This document shows positions 13,201-25,674 of a DNA stretch of 64,000 bases, piece by piece. Under the pieces are notes generated by a model that saw only the letters and a program-made list of their open reading frames with translations, did no database searches and had not been told where the DNA came from. Within the stretch, counting starts at the first letter, position 1, and the number at the start of each line of letters is the position of its first letter. The stretch comes from Chiloscyllium plagiosum (Eukaryota), in the NCBI RefSeq assembly GCF_004010195.1, contig NC_057756.1, positions 343,805 to 407,804 on the forward strand. The letters are read 5' to 3'. The translations under genes and the position numbers were made by a program.

Positions 13201-14243
13201 ATCCTGTCCAGTCCCATCAGGATTTTAGTTGTTTCTGAGATCAACCATTCCCTATTCCCCAGCCATTCTAAATTCCAGTGAGTACAAGCCCAGTCAATCC
13301 AGTCTTTCTTGAAATGTCAGTTCTCTCACCCAGAGAAGCAGTCTAGTGAACATTTGATAGACTCTGTTGCACAAGTTCTTAGTCTAAATCCATATCTGCT
13401 AGCTAGCACAGGACAGCCATTCCTCTAAACTTCAGTGAGTAGAGTCTGAACCTGTTGAGCCTTGGTTCACAAGATAATCCCTCCACAGTGTATACCATAC
13501 CAGTGAACCCTCGTTGAACTGCCTGCAGTGAAGAAATATTGTTCCTTAAAGAAAAGGACCAAAACTGCTCAAAGTACTCCAAATAAAACAAAGAACTACA
13601 GATGCTGAAAATCGGAATCAAAAACCAAAATTGTTGGAGGAGCTCAACACATGCCAGTATCTGCAGGGAGAAAGGAGTTAAGATTTTGAGTCCTGTGATC
13701 CGTCTCTTAACATTTCTCTGTAAATTATTTGTATCCTTCTCACAAACTGCTTTCTGCTTATTTTTGCAATTTCTTTTCTCCAAGTCATCAACTAACTCAT
13801 GTCTGCCTTTGAATTGGCTGCACCACATTTTGTTGTATGAAGCAGTGACTCTCTGTGTCCTTCTAGATGGTAGGAGCTGTGGGTTTGCAAGGTGCATTGC
13901 CTAATTTCTAAGGAGCATTATTTAATTCCTGCAGTGCATGTTGTCAATGGTACACACTGGTGTTTCTGACCTTCAGTGTTGGGGGGGAAATAGATGATTG
14001 CAGATGTGGTGCCAATCAAGTGGGATACTTTATTCTGGATGGTTGAGCCTTAAGTGTTTTTGGAACTGCACCCATCCAGGCAAATGGAGAGTATTCCATC
14101 ACACTCCTGACCGGTGCCTTGTCGATTGTGATTAGGCTTTGGGGCATCAGGTGGTGAGTTATCTAGAGCAGCATTCCAAGTTTCTGACCTGCTCTTATAG
14201 TCACAGTATTTAATTGGCTCAATTTGTCTCACTCTCTTTCCAG

Positions 14244-14360
14244 TGCAACCTCTTACCTGTCACTCTTGCACTGCACAAGGCAAGACATGTGAGACCACAC
14301 AAACTTCTTGCCCCCCTGGGATCAACAGCTGCATCACAATGTCAGTCTCAACGAATGCAG
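14244..14360 (+). CDS. Ly6/uPAR gene exon 2 (LU domain 1, first half)
   Basis: Pyrimidine tract ending CAG|, then VQPLTCHSCTAQGKTCETTQTSCPPGINSCITMSVSTNA, donor CAG|GTAATT. 117 bp, phase 1-1. Confidence 0.9.
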
Positions 14361-15589
14361 GTAATTTTCTGGAATTTCTAACTTTCGTTTGTCTTGACAG
14401 ATTTTACTTGAGAGAAGCAGTGTACGTTTAAGACAATTACATTACGCCACAACGTGTGACACTGCTCTATAAAAGGCATTTGTTTCAGTCACTACCAGAC
14501 TACAATGGGGTCAGTGGAGTGTGCTCAGTCAGTAATGAGCATGTAATGTACAGTGATATCAGTAAGAACAGAACCCATGCTTCATACAAGTCTGTAGCAT
14601 TATAGCAACGTAAATATGTTATGATTAAACTTCAAGGTATCTGTCATAACGGAGTCATCAAGCTGTCCAACATGGAAACAGCCCCTTTGGTCCAACTCAC
14701 CCATGCTGACCAGATATTCTCCATTGATCTAATCTCATTTGGCAGCATTGCCCCATTGCCCTCACAATCCTTCCTATTCAGAGACCCATCCAGATACCTT
14801 TTAAATGCTGCAATTGTACCAACCTCCACCACCTACTCTGACAGCTCATTCAATATATGCACCACCTTCTGTGTGAGATTGTTGCCCCTTTAGGTCTTTT
14901 TAAATCTTTCCCTTCTTACCTTCAACCTATGGCCTCTAGTTTTGGACTCCCCAACCCCAGGAAAAAGATCTCGGCTGTTCACCTTATCCACATCCCTCAC
15001 GATTTTATAGTCGTCAGTAAGGCCACCCCTCTGCCTCTGATACTCCAAGGAATATAGCTCCAGCCTATTCAGTTGTCCCTATGACTCTAATGCTCCAATA
15101 ACAGCAACATCCTTGTACATCTTTTCTGAACCCTTTCAAGTTTCTTTACATCCTTCCTAAAACAGAGAGACCAGAACTGAATGCAATATTCCAAAAGCAG
15201 CCGAACAAATGTCCTGTACAGCTGCAACATGTCCCAACCTGTACACTCAATGCATTAGCCAATAAAGGCAATATGAACCTAACCAATGCATTATACGTTA
15301 CACGTGCTAGCACATGAAGCTGACGTGAGCAAATGTGAAGTTATCCATTTTAGACTGAAAAGGATAGATTAAGACACTGTTAAATACAGTGAATGTCCAA
15401 AGAGACTTGGAGGTTAAAATGCCACGAAAAGATACAGAAAATGTTCAAGATTGCTAATGAAATGATGAACTTTATACCTATAGGACTGGAGGATAAGGCT
15501 GTAGAAGTTATGCTGCAATTATACAAAATCCTGGTTAGACCTCACTTAGTGTGCTGAGCGCAGATCTGGGCACTACATCTCAGGAAGGA

Positions 15590-15736
15590 GAAAGGCGAGG
15601 GCTGCAGACGCTGGAGATCAGAGTCGTGAGTGCAATGCTGGAAAAGCACAGCAGGTCAGGCTGATGAAGGGCTGATGCCTGAAACATCAATTCTCTTGTT
15701 TCTCAGATTCTGCTTTTCCAGCACCACACTCGACCT
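15590..15736. mobile_element. Inverted-pair hammerhead-bearing mini-element inserted in a CR1 fragment
   Basis: 14 bp duplication CATCTCAGGAAGGA at 15576-15589 and 15737-15750. Reverse arm then forward arm, with CTGATGAAGGGCTGATGCCTGAAACATC at 15661. Confidence 0.75.
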
Positions 15737-16820
15737 CATCTCAGGAAGGATAGATTCACCTTGGAGGGAGTATAATGTGGGTTTACAAGATGATATCCGA
15801 ACTTCAGCGGTTACAATTGAGCAACAAAATAATTAGGCCTGTTTTCTCTATGATTTAGAAGGTTAAAGGGCAATCTTTAAAGTTAAGATATTAAGAGGAA
15901 AAGGCAGGGTAAAATGAACTATTCCCACCAATTGGGAATTCTAGATCGAGGAGGCATAGTCTGAGAATTAGGGCCAGACCATTCAGAAGAGATGTTAGAA
16001 ACATTGCTACTCACAAAGGGAGTTGGATGGTTAGGACTCTCTTCCAGTAACAGCACTGGATGCTAGAACAGTTGCTAACTTTAAAGCTGAGAGAGATTTT
16101 CTTTTTTTAAGCAAAGATATTAAGGCAATGGGACAAAGGCAAATCTATGAAGTTAGGCCGCAGATCAGCCATGATATCATTCAATGGCAGAACAGGCTGA
16201 AGGGCCTAAAGGATAGGACTAAGGCCATTTCATACTGGCACTTCAGAGGGCTGGTGTGGACTCATTAGGTCAAATACCCTGCCTCCACAGTGTAGGGATT
16301 CTGTAACACAGACGCATTATCTGTCGTGCGTACTAACACTGTCCACAGAAAACAGAATCATTGATCATGGGCTCCTTGCTAATATATTGAAAAGTGAAAG
16401 CAGACACTCTGACTCTCTGTCCTACACCAAAGCTGAATGCCTCCAGCAGATGCACTTGCTTGGTGCATTTGGTCTGCACTTGCTGTTTCTGAATGAGAAA
16501 TGTCATTCCCCCAAGCCCACTCAGGGTTTTTCCTCAGCTCTGTATGGGCTACCAAGTCAAATACCTTTTAAATTATTGAGCATATGCTAGGACAATGGCA
16601 ACTTTACCTCTACAAATAAAGGAATGTTTTGGAAGCATATTTATCAATTCGCAAATGGTTGGTGAAATACTTTGGTGAGTTATTAACTAAATAAGTGAAG
16701 ACAGACATTAAATAAACAGGATAGACGGATGGGAAATAGGTGGAGTAAACACATTGTTGACAAGTGATGAAGGATGTCCATCGAATATTGGAAGGTGAAC
16801 CATGTTCTCTATGTTTGCAG

Positions 16821-16958
16821 GTGGAATTAAGCAAATCATGATTTTTAAAAACTGTGGAGTGTGTGAACGAAACATCTCATTGCAATTTGGTCTCATCAAT
16901 GTCGCGCAGATATGCAAAAGCTGCAGTTCCAATCTGTGTAACGATCATCCTTTTGAAG
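16821..16958 (+). CDS. Ly6/uPAR gene exon 3 (LU domain 1, second half)
   Basis: TTTGCAG| then GGIKQIMIFKNCGVCERNISLQFGLINVAQICKSCSSNLCNDHPFE, donor AAG|GTAAG. 138 bp, contains the LU C-terminal CN motif. Confidence 0.9.
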
Positions 16959-17319
16959 GTAAGCGAGACATGCAGACTTGCAAGCCAAGCTCTTCAGTAA
17001 CATGAAACCAAACCCTTTGCACATCCCTCAAGTTTAAACACTCCTCGCATTCTGGCTTGCAATTTCTCTCAAAATTCAAAACATAGAAAATAGGAGCAGA
17101 GGTGTGCCATTCAGCCCATCAAGCCCAGCCCACAATTAAGGATAGAAGGTTCATGATGGCTAAGTGGTATTGCGCACCAACCCAAAGACTGAAGTAATAG
17201 GTTTCTCCAACACTACCTGCTTTTATTTCAGGAATCCAGTATCTGCTGGATTTTATTTTGTTTGCAAATGAAAAACTAGCTGATTGCAAAGAAAAATTAC
17301 TCAAGAGAAAGGTGTAAAG

Positions 17320-19040
17320 ATTATATGTCCTTGGTTCATCTAGCAGCAAGGCCAGGGTTTCCTTGGCTACGGTGACGTTTATTCATGTGAATAGGACAGT
17401 CACGTCAAAGGAAACCATGGCCTTGTCGTCCTCTACCTTGGTGTCTTTCATAAGGAATTCCTGGGTGGAGTCAATGAAATGGGTGGAGTTTTCTCCTACA
17501 CATTCCTGTTTGCGTTGCAGTTTCTTTGCTAGTCTGTATGTCAGTGTACCCTCGCTAAAAAAACACTGACCTCACTGCTTGACAAACCAGTCACAAATGC
17601 ACCAACTCCATCAGCAAGGACAGCAGCCTCAAACTAGGAGACCTGTGCCTCACAACCCACTTCACCTTCAAAGGTGAGATCTACAAACAAAATCAATGGG
17701 ATGCCTAAGGGATCACCAATATCAGGACTTTTAGCAGAAGCAATTATGCAGAGGTTAGAATGAACAGCCCTTCCCACGATCCAGTCCAAGCTTTGAATCT
17801 GCTGTGTGGATGAGACCCTTGCTATTACAAAGCACAACAAATCAGAAGAAACCCACAAACATCATCCTTACCAGTATGAAGTTCAAAGAAGAGAATAACA
17901 GACTCCCCTTCCTGTACATCACAGTAGAATATGTTGGCACGGCGGCTCAGTGGTTAGCAATGTTGCCACACAGCATGAGGGACCCAGGTTTATTTCCATC
18001 CTCGAGCAACTGTGTGAAGTTTGCATATTCTCCCAGTGTCTGTATAGGTTTCCTCCTGGTGCTCTGGTTTCCTCCCACAATCCAAAGATATGCAGGTTGG
18101 GTGAACTGGCCATGCTAAACTGCCCATAGTGTTCAGGGATGTGTGGGTCAGGTGCTTAGTTAGGAATAAATGTAGAGTAATAAGGTAGGGGAATGGTTCT
18201 GAGTGGGTTACTCGGAGGGGGGTCGGTGTGGACTTGTTGGGCCAAAGGGCCTGTTTCTACACTATAGGGATGCTATGAACAAAAAGTTAATGGAGAGCTG
18301 CAGACTAGTACCCACAGGAATGCCACATACACCGACCAGATACTCAACTACAGCAGCAACCATCCCAACACTCACGAATGGAGCTGCATCAGAATATTAT
18401 TTAAGTGAGCCACAACACACAGGAACGACGAGAAACCAAGGAAAAACACCTATGCAACATATTCAGGAACAGTGGGTACCCAATAAGCACAGTTCTCCAG
18501 CCCCTAGGCATCATGATACCCACAAACTTACCACCACATTGAAACAGATCCGTACCAACAACCAGCAGAACGAATGACATATGCAAAATACCCTGCAAGG
18601 ACTGCAACAAGCATTACATTGGACAAACGGGCAAGGTACAGGAGCACCAATTAGCCACCAAAAGACATGACCAGCTATCACTGATATCCATACATGCAGA
18701 CGAAGAGGGACACCAATTCGAATAGGATTATATATCCATCCCGGGACAGGCTAAACAAAGGCACGCACGGGAATTCCTAGAGGCCTGGCATTCAAACCTG
18801 AACTCCATTAACAAACATATAGATTTGGACCCCATTTACCAACCTCTCACAAACAGCACCAGAAATGATATCACCTACCACAACAAACCAAGACAGATAA
18901 ATAGTAAGCAGGGCAGAAGACCAATGCTTCACTGGAGGCTCACTGATGATGTTACTTAGTGTCTGAGAACAAATCTCCCAGATCAGTGAGCAAATTTACA
19001 ATCGGTTCCATAACCTGAGCTACAATATTCCCCAAAATCT
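17320..19040 (+). mobile_element. Penelope-like retroelement copy 2, with an inverted 5' segment and an HE1 SINE insertion (about 17932-18276)
   Basis: Same RT and GIY-YIG motifs as 7960-9050. The RT segment STQEFL..DDKAMVSFDVTVLFT is on the - strand at about 17320-17550. Confidence 0.85.
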
Positions 19041-19507
19041 CAAGATGTAAAAATAACCTAAAGGATAACCTCCAAGAAAATGCAACAACACTTTGAAAAC
19101 TGACACACATTGCTATACAAAGTCACACTGACAGACATGTACACACAATCACCAGGTCTAGAGAAAACATAACAACAATGTACAATATAATATTGAAAGC
19201 AGTGACTGCCAAGCGCCAGATAAGGTCAGAAAGAAAAAATAAATTGTCACCACAAATACTCATCTGCACGCAAGTGATAAGCATTGGAATAACATCCAGG
19301 GTCAGTTGTGACTGGCTGAGCATGCTTTCTCTGGAGATACTGGCAGTATATTCCAAATTCCCCTTCAGCACCATCCACTTGTGAGTGCCTGCAGATGAAC
19401 TATCAACTCAAAGATTAATAGCAGTTTTAAAGAAAAAAAAGAAACTTGCAAGAGACTGTGCTCAAATCCAAAAATACAAACCCACACGACCACAGGTCTT
19501 TTTTTTT

Positions 19508-19818
19508 AAGATTAGATTACTTACAGTGTGGAAACAGGCCCTTCGGCCCAACAAGTCCACACCGACCCGCCGAAGCGCAACCCACCTCGACCCATTCCCC
19601 TACATTTACCCCTTCACCTAACACTACAGGCAATTTAGCATGGCCAACTCACATAACCTGCACATTTTTGGACTGTGGGAGGAAACCGGAGGACCCGGAG
19701 GAAACCCAAGCAGACACGGGGAGAATGTGCAAACTCCACACAGTCAGTCGCCTGAGGCGGGAAATGAACCCGGGTCTCTGCGCTGTGAGGCAGTAGTGCT
19801 AATCACTGTGCCACCGTG
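19508..19818 (-). mobile_element. HE1-type SINE (relatively intact)
   Basis: Reverse complement of the full tRNA head, core and tail. Retains CpGs. Confidence 0.9.
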
Positions 19819-22161
19819 TATTGAACACTCAATTTCCTAGTGAAGGGCTTATGCCCAAAACGTCGACTCTCCTGCTCCTCAGATGCTCCCTGACCAGCTG
19901 TCACACTTTTTGACTCGATCTCCGCATCTGTAGTGCTCACTTTCTCCTAATCAGTGACTCCAGTCTAGCGGCTTTACAAGTTGTGATACCACAGTAGTCT
20001 GCTTCTTCTTGCAGACCTTTAAATTTCAGCAATCTACGTAGACAATTTGGAGTTGAAGACCACATGTAGTGTGTCAAAGTTTGCAGATGACACCAAGATG
20101 AGTGGTACAGCAAAGTGTGCAGAGGAGTCTGAATCTTTGCAGGGGCACATACAGTTTGAGCGGATGGACAAAGGTCTGGCAGATGGAGTACAGCGTTAAT
20201 AAATGTGAAGTCTTCCACTTTGGTCGGATTAACAGTAAAAGAAACTATTATTTGAATGGCAAAACATTGCAGCGTGCTACTGTGCAGAGGGACCTGGGTG
20301 ACCGACAGAAGGTGGTTGGCAGATGCTGTTAAAGTACAGATTTCAGACAGCTCAGGGAGTCCCTTGTGGACTCAGACCTGTAAGCCTCTCTTGGTTTGTC
20401 CCGGAGATCTTACTCTTTGGTTGTCTGGAAATAAACCTCTTACAGGTTAATTTTAGTCTTCCCCTTCATTTACCGTTGGTATCACTATTACAACATAACA
20501 CTGACACCTTTAAGCCAGGCTAGCTAAGCTTCTAAAACCTTGGAGAGTAGGGTACCAGCTCTTCCTTTCAGAGCCCTCGCAGGCTACTCCACTCTTCTGT
20601 CATAAACAGGCTTCCTTAGGAGGGCAAACTTTGACCAGAAAATGGCTTCTTGACAGATTGTGTCAGAATCTCTTCAATGTTAGGTTTAGAATATTTTTTT
20701 TAAGCTATTAGCAGACTCCTGCTTTTTATCTTAAGAACAGAATCATTCTGTGCCTGAGGCTGAAATGTTACCGTAAGGTTGAATTTTAAAATGATTCAAA
20801 AATTCATTAGTCTTGAAAACATGCTTTCTTTTTGGGATTGAGATTCAAATTCAAATAAGACATAAGACTGGCTAGTTAAAATTGACAGTGGGGCAGTCAT
20901 GGTCTGCAAGTTAAAGCTTCATCAATATTAGCCTTTGCAGAGTTTGCATTTCATAACCAGTGATGACTACTCAACATCATCATAACGTCCCAAAATGCAA
21001 CTAAATTTAAAAACATTCAATCCATTGCAAGTAAGCACAATGAGTTAATTTTCTACTGGCTTCAGCAGTGCTAAAATGGTCTCTCTCTCTCTTGCCCTTT
21101 TGAACACTCAGGTCAGAGACTGTAACAGAAAAATGTTTTTCCTTCTGTCTGCTTAGCTTTCAAGGATAATAAGAATCCATTATAATTGATAGGACCTAAC
21201 CATTAATTACAAGGCTTTTGACATGCTTACAAGATGAAGAAACACTCATTAATTTCACAAGGGAACAGCCATGAATGTTATCACTGTGTCCTGTTTAAAT
21301 GGATTCATGTTCTTAATTGCCTTAGAGCATCCTGTTATTACTTAATGAGAACAGATGTTTTTATCTTCTGCACATCCTGGGTCCTCTCTTTTGTGGCCTG
21401 ACACCTCCCTGCCTGAACTGTTTATTTTCTGAATTATGTGTTTTATAATTCAGAGGCTAAATGTTTAAGGACAAGTTTTAAGGTTATAAACTTTCTCAGT
21501 GCAATGGATAATTAAGACAACAAATGGAATTTTGTGCTTCATTGCCATGAGAAGGAGTTTAAAAGTAGGGAGGATATGTCGCAGTTGTATAAAGTGCTGG
21601 TGAGGCCACACCTGGAGTGTTGCTGTTGTTTTGATCTCCTTAATTGAGAAAGAATGTACTGGCACTACAGTGGGTACAAAGGAGGTTCACTAGCTTGATT
21701 CTAGATTGGTGGGGATTGGCTTATGAGGAGAGACCGTGTAGACTGGGAGTATATTCATTGGAATTCAGAAGAATGAGGGGATCTTATAACTTAAGCTTAT
21801 GAAGGGAATAGATAAGATAGAAGTAGGATGTTTCCACTGCCAGGTGAAACTAGGACATGAGAGCATAGCCTCAAAATTAGGAACAGCAGATTTAGGACTA
21901 AAATGAGAAGGAATGTCTTCACCCAGAGGGTTGAGAATCTGTGGAATTCCATGCCCAGTGAACTAGTTGAGGCATTCTCATTGAGTGTTCTTAAAGTGAA
22001 AATAGATAATTTTTTGAACAGTAAAGGAATTAAGGGTTATGGTGAGAGGGTGGATAAATAGAGCTAATGCCATGAAAAGATCAGCCATGATCTCATTGAA
22101 CGACTTGTTTCCATGCTGTACATCTCTATGATTCTATGACTGGGCTTGAAGGGCCAGATGG

Positions 22162-22343
22162 GAGACAGTAAGGTCTGCAGATGCTGAAGATCAGAGTTGA
22201 GAGCGTATTGCTGGAAAATCACAGCAGGTCAGGCAGCATCTGAGGAGCAGGGAAAATAAAAACAAAATAAAAAATAATAAATCAATCAATCAATCAATCA
22301 ACCAACCAACCTTTCGGGCCAGAGCCCTTCATTAGGAATGAGC
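22162..22343 (-). mobile_element. Hammerhead-bearing mini-element with an internal A-rich/(AATC)n/(AACC)n tract
   Basis: 13 bp duplication AAGGGCCAGATGG at 22149-22161 and 22344-22356. Degenerate core CTAATGAAGGGCTCTGGCCCGAAAG on the - strand. Confidence 0.7.
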
Positions 22344-22449
22344 AAGGGCCAGATGGCCTTCTCCTATTTCTTAGGTTCTTACGTGGTTTGTCAGTTAATA
22401 CAAGAATGGCTAGAGTGGGTCAGATCTTAAACAATGAGACTGAGTACAG

Positions 22450-23370
22450 GAAAAAGGGATAGAGAGCTCAGTGGCATATGGTAAAGACATCAATCGCTCC
22501 CTCAATGTCAGTAAAGTGAGGGAGCTGGTCATTGACTTCAGCAAGTCGAGTGGAAGGCACAATTCTGTATGTGGAGAAAGTGAGGTCTGCAGATGCTGGA
22601 GATCCGAGATGGAAATGTGTTGCTGGAAAAGCGCAGCAGGTCAGGCAGCATCTAGGGAATAGGAGAATCGACGTTTCGGGCATTATTTCTGAAGAAGGGC
22701 TAATGCCCGAAACGTCGATTCTCCTGTTCCCTAGATGCTGCCTGACCTGCTGCACAATTCTGTATGTATCAATGGTGCTGAACTGTGGAGGGTGATCAAG
22801 AGCTCAAGTTCCTAAGAGTAAATATCATCAACAATCTGTCCTGGTCCATCCACATCAAAGTTACAGTCACAAGTACACCAGCTTATGAAGAAGACAAAAC
22901 AAATTTTGCAGGTCCACAATGACTCTCACTAATTTCTTTGATGCACCACAGAAAACATTCTACCCAGTATGGCAACAGCTCTGCCCAACGCCACAGGAAA
23001 TTTCAGGTAGATGCGAGTCCATAACACAAACCAGCCTTCTATCCATTGACTGTCTATAATTGTCGCCTCAAGGCAGCAGCCAACATAATCAAAGACTGCT
23101 TCCACCCTGGCTACACTCACTTCCATTGAGCAGAAGAAACAAAAATTTGAAAACACATATCAACAGGTTGAAGGACAGCTTCTTCCCTGTGTTATCAAAC
23201 CTCTGAACACACCTGTCATCCAAGTGCTGATCTTCCTCTGTGGATGCAATACTATATTGTGCATTGTTCTATTATCCTGTTCTGCTTATGTCAGGTATGA
23301 TTTGTTTGGTCAACACAAAACAATACTGTTCATTATCTCAGTACAGGTGACATTCATGAATCAAATCAAG
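22450..23370 (+). mobile_element. Rex1/L2-like LINE 3' fragment
   Basis: LNVSKVRELVIDFSK and FLRVNIINNLSWS..HI remnants. A related tail lies on the - strand at about 10555-10975. Confidence 0.65.
22573..22751. mobile_element. Inverted-pair hammerhead-bearing mini-element
   Basis: 16 bp duplication GCACAATTCTGTATGT at 22557-22572 and 22752-22767. Near-perfect internal inverted repeat. Intact core CTGAAGAAGGGCTAATGCCCGAAACGTC at 22689-22716. Confidence 0.85.
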
Positions 23371-23704
23371 TCGCGTGGCTTAGCCAGGATTGCTGATTTC
23401 TCTGTGGTGTTATATATTTCAGTCAGAGATTTCAAACAAACAGTCAGGGCCAAGAGAAATGGCTAAGAGCTTGGAATTTATACATAAAATCAGCCACACT
23501 TGTATCAAACGTCAGAGCAAGCTCAAAAGATCGAGTCACGTCCCAATCATAATGCCCTCAGAGAATGGGATGCGAAAAGCTTCACAAATCTGGGGGATAT
23601 TGTATTTGAAAGACCGAGATGTACTATTTACTGCAAAATTTGCCAGCCCATGTGGGTGCAGCCAAAGTTTGTGCAATGTTAAATATTCCGTGTTAACTTT
23701 TCAG

Positions 23705-23827
23705 AGGAACCTTCCAACCTGAACGGCCTCGAGTGCTATTCCAATTCACCTGAAGGCTCCAATGCAATGAGCATTGTGAAATGTACCGGGACTCAGGATC
23801 GCTGCCTCACTGCTTCTGGCAATTTCG
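23705..23827 (+). CDS. Ly6/uPAR gene exon 4 (LU domain 2, first half)
   Basis: TTTTCAG| then EEPSNLNGLECYSNSPEGSNAMSIVKCTGTQDRCLTASGNF, donor G|GTAATT. 123 bp. The NGLEC and KCTG..DRC motifs are typical of second domains of PLA2-inhibitor-like LU proteins. Absent from the ORF track. Confidence 0.88.
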
Positions 23828-24169
23828 GTAATTACATGTATAAACTGCTACAGAGTTACAATAAGTTTGAAATGCTTCATAGGTGTTCAATTTGGTACAA
23901 GGTATATCATGGAGGGCAACAGATCTAGGATACTTTGAGATTTCCCTGTCAGTTATTTCAGACAGCTGCAAGAATGGAGAGAATGATACATTTACAAATC
24001 ATTGCAGGACTGTTTAAAAAGCTCATCAAGAGAATCTGGTTCCCTTAAATTCACTCTCACTGGCTTGGTATCCTCCATTGTCCATAATCAATCCCACAGT
24101 GAAACAGTTACACTACACACAAGTTACACACTGTTGAATGAATTAGCATTCTTTCCACACTCAAAAATG

Positions 24170-24680
24170 ATCAGGGAGACAAGACACCTTCTTGCGGATC
24201 ATTTCAGAGAACACCTCTGGGACAACCGCACCCACCAACCCCACTACCCTGCGGCTGAACACTTCAAATCCCTCTCCGACTCCATCAAGGACATGCAGGT
24301 CCTGGGCCTCCTCCACTGCCAACCGTTATTACCCGAAGCCGAGAGAAGGAACGCCTCATATTCCACCTTGGGACCCTGCAACCACCTGGGATAAATGTGG
24401 ATTTCAACACCGTCTTCATTTCCCCTCCCCCCGACATTATCTGAGTCCCAAGCTTCCAACTCGGCACCACCCTCCGGACCTGTCCATCACTCCCCCTCTC
24501 TCACCTATCACCTTCTGCCTAACCTTCATCCACCTATTGCTTTCCCAGCTAATTTACCCCCAACCCCCTCCCATTTATCTCTCAGCCCCGATCCACAAGA
24601 CTCATTCCCGAAATGTCGATTCTCCTGCTCCTCGGATGCTGCCTGACCTGCTGTGCTATTCCAGCACTACATTCTCAGCT
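24170..24680 (+). mobile_element. Penelope-like element 3' fragment (second family): GIY-YIG C-terminus plus tail
   Basis: ETRHLLADHFREHL..AEHF and TLGP remnants, then a C-rich tail ending in the same short repeat as the hammerhead mini-elements. Related pieces at 57428-58130(-) and 58600-59435(+). Confidence 0.7.
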
Positions 24681-25674
24681 ATGTAAATGCAAATCCTTTT
24701 ATCGTTCATCCCTGCCTTACTTCTCCCCAGTCTTCCTCACACTCACTCTTTCATCCAAAGATGAATTGGCCATGCTAAATTACCTACTGTGTTCAGGGAT
24801 GTATAGGTTAGGGGTATACATAGAGTAATAAAGGTCGGGGAATGGGATACTCTTTGGAGAGTCACTGTGGGTTTGTTGGACCCAATAGGCCAGTAACTCG
24901 TTTTAGCCTTGCAGGTTACAACGCATCAGATGCATGTCAAGATTTTTTTTCCCCAATGAGTTGAGTGTTTCTGCCTCCACTCCCACATGGAGTATATTTT
25001 AGACAAACTCAACGTTTTGTTAGTCACCCACTTACACTTATGTACTGATAGGTTATCTTGAAATTTTCCCTAATTTTTCAGGCCAATCTTTTCTCATCGT
25101 TTTCCTAACTTGTTTTTAAACTATATTTCTTGTGACTTTTTTTGTGGTTTATCTTCCCCTTTGTGCTTCTGAACAACGAGGTTTTGAAGCAGCACTCATT
25201 CCATTTGTGAGGATGTGTCTACACTGAGCCTCTAGAATCTCACTTTTGATGTTTCTCACTAATTCATTCTTGACTTGTCTTCAAGTAGCTACATCCATAC
25301 ACACCATACTAGATCAACTCTCAGCTTCACAAACTTTGTTTTTCCCCCAACAGGGAACTTTTACTCCTTTTCTATCTTATTCTTTGCCATATGATGATGT
25401 GAAAGCTATGTTAAGATCACTGTCTCCAAAACTGACACCCACTGCTATTTCATCCTTCATTTCCTGAGCTTAAATTGAGAATTGCCTCCTCTCATTGGGC
25501 TGTGTTAGGTTCAAAACAAAATCCTTTGAAGGCAGTTCAAGAACAGTGTTCTCTCCCAGGATTTCCACACTGTTTATACTTGACATGGTTTTCTATTAGT
25601 TAATGTCTTCAGCTATTCTTGTCCTTTTTAACACTCAGACATTTGCCTATACATATTTGTTCTTAGGGTCACAG

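Noticed and set aside
13403..13897. 164 aa ORF
   Set aside because: Chance read-through of nested CR1 and short-repeat fragments.
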